Made by a program: the position numbers and the translations under genes
In this document: piece by piece, positions 23,896-24,524 of the stretch
How positions within the stretch are numbered: position 1 is the stretch's first letter
Layout: the number at the start of each line of letters is the position of its first letter
Notes under the pieces: generated by a model
The model's input: the letters and a program-made list of their open reading frames with translations, nothing else
Database searches by the model: none
Told to the model about the DNA's origin: nothing
From: a virus
Lineage: Duplodnaviria > Caudoviricetes
Virus record (IMG/VR): IMGVR_UViG_3300037484_000194
Location: 1 to 24,524 of that record
DNA: 24,524 bases
Strand: one strand, 5' to 3'

Positions 23896-24524
23896 AAAAA
23901 ATAATCTTTCTTTTATTACTACCTGCGGCCGCTTTTGCGGATCGATTGGGATCACTGAGGTCTAGCGCAGACGTACTTCTAACAACGCAGGCTGTTTCAG
24001 GCGGTGCCTCATCCATGGAAACCATGGTCAACGGTGTCCGGTTATCAAGCCCGACGATTTCCCAGAACTTCGTAGGCGCGGGCGTATCTGGGGCGATGGT
24101 CGGAAGCACGGCGACGATCACGATAACAGGTGGTGGTGATAACCTGGGGAACCATATATCCACCAAATCGATAACAGCGAACTACGGTATTGCAACCACC
24201 ACGATTACCGTATCTACGATCACTTCTACGGCGAATCCGGGTTTAACGATCACCGAATACGATGATGGGGCAATTTATCCTGGGCTCAGAATCATGCTTC
24301 CTCCAACCGTAGCTAATGCTCGGGTATTTGATCTTAGTGCTCTTGATCTTACCGTTGGTGATATCGACAGTTCAGGCTATTCCACGTCATTTAAATACAG
24401 TCTTGGTGGGAGTTCTATTCCTTTCCAATTGGAAGGCAGTCAGCTTGCTATTGCCAATAACAATAGCTTGAGATACAGCAAAACAATATATGCCGGGGCA
24501 TCGGCTGGGTATGTACTTGATTTG
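23892..24524 (+). CDS. Tail-fibre-like protein with an N-terminal signal peptide (truncated by window end)
   Basis: ATGA overlap; open to the window end; MKKIIFLLLLPAAAFA-DRLG, Ser/Thr/Gly-rich, contains GDNLGNH. Not in the ORF track because no stop is present. Confidence 0.7.
   Translation, partial: MKKIIFLLLLPAAAFADRLGSLRSSADVLLTTQAVSGGASSMETMVNGVRLSSPTISQNFVGAGVSGAMVGSTATITITGGGDNLGNHISTKSITANYGIATTTITVSTITSTANPGLTITEYDDGAIYPGLRIMLPPTVANARVFDLSALDLTVGDIDSSGYSTSFKYSLGGSSIPFQLEGSQLAIANNNSLRYSKTIYAGASAGYVLDL

Larger units (their letters stand above)
1..24524 (+). mobile_element. Tailed phage or prophage segment, podovirus-type morphogenesis module
   Basis: Order terS-terL-portal-scaffold-capsid-adaptor-nozzle-ejection proteins-fibres; no tape measure, sheath or host housekeeping genes in the window. 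Confidence 0.93.

Noticed and set aside
23789-24166. Minus-strand 125 aa ORF
   Set aside because: It is antisense to the coupled + strand fibre-like gene starting at 23892.
1-24524. Alternative genetic code or stop-codon reassignment
   Set aside because: Long genes are intact under code 11, and TAA, TAG and TGA all serve as stops at coupled junctions.
16124-24524. Diversity-generating retroelement or invertible tail-fibre cassette
   Set aside because: No reverse transcriptase, recombinase or TR/VR repeat pair is visible in the window.

Overview
This window is part of a tailed dsDNA phage or prophage with a P22-like (podovirus) morphogenesis module, almost all on the + strand and read with the standard bacterial code. 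Bases 1-1983 hold small, translationally coupled accessory genes ending in an HTH gene. Next come a sigma70-type promoter and a structured leader, then terS, terL, portal, a small conserved gene, scaffold and an N4-gp56-type major capsid gene. A six-enzyme sugar block follows, inserted between head and tail genes: a short UDP-sugar dehydrogenase, a DegT-family aminotransferase, a methyltransferase, a two-domain GT2 protein, a GT2 and a methyltransferase-GT fusion. After it come the adaptor, tail nozzle, three ejection-type proteins, a three-gene antisense cassette and the start of the fibre genes. Two things stand out. First, the nozzle homologue and two fibre-region proteins begin with classical Sec-type signal peptides, and two of them have even, mostly clustered cysteines, which is unexpected for a virion assembled in the cytoplasm. 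Second, the soluble glycan cluster sits inside the structural operon. All protein calls rest on motifs and gene order read by eye; no searches were run.
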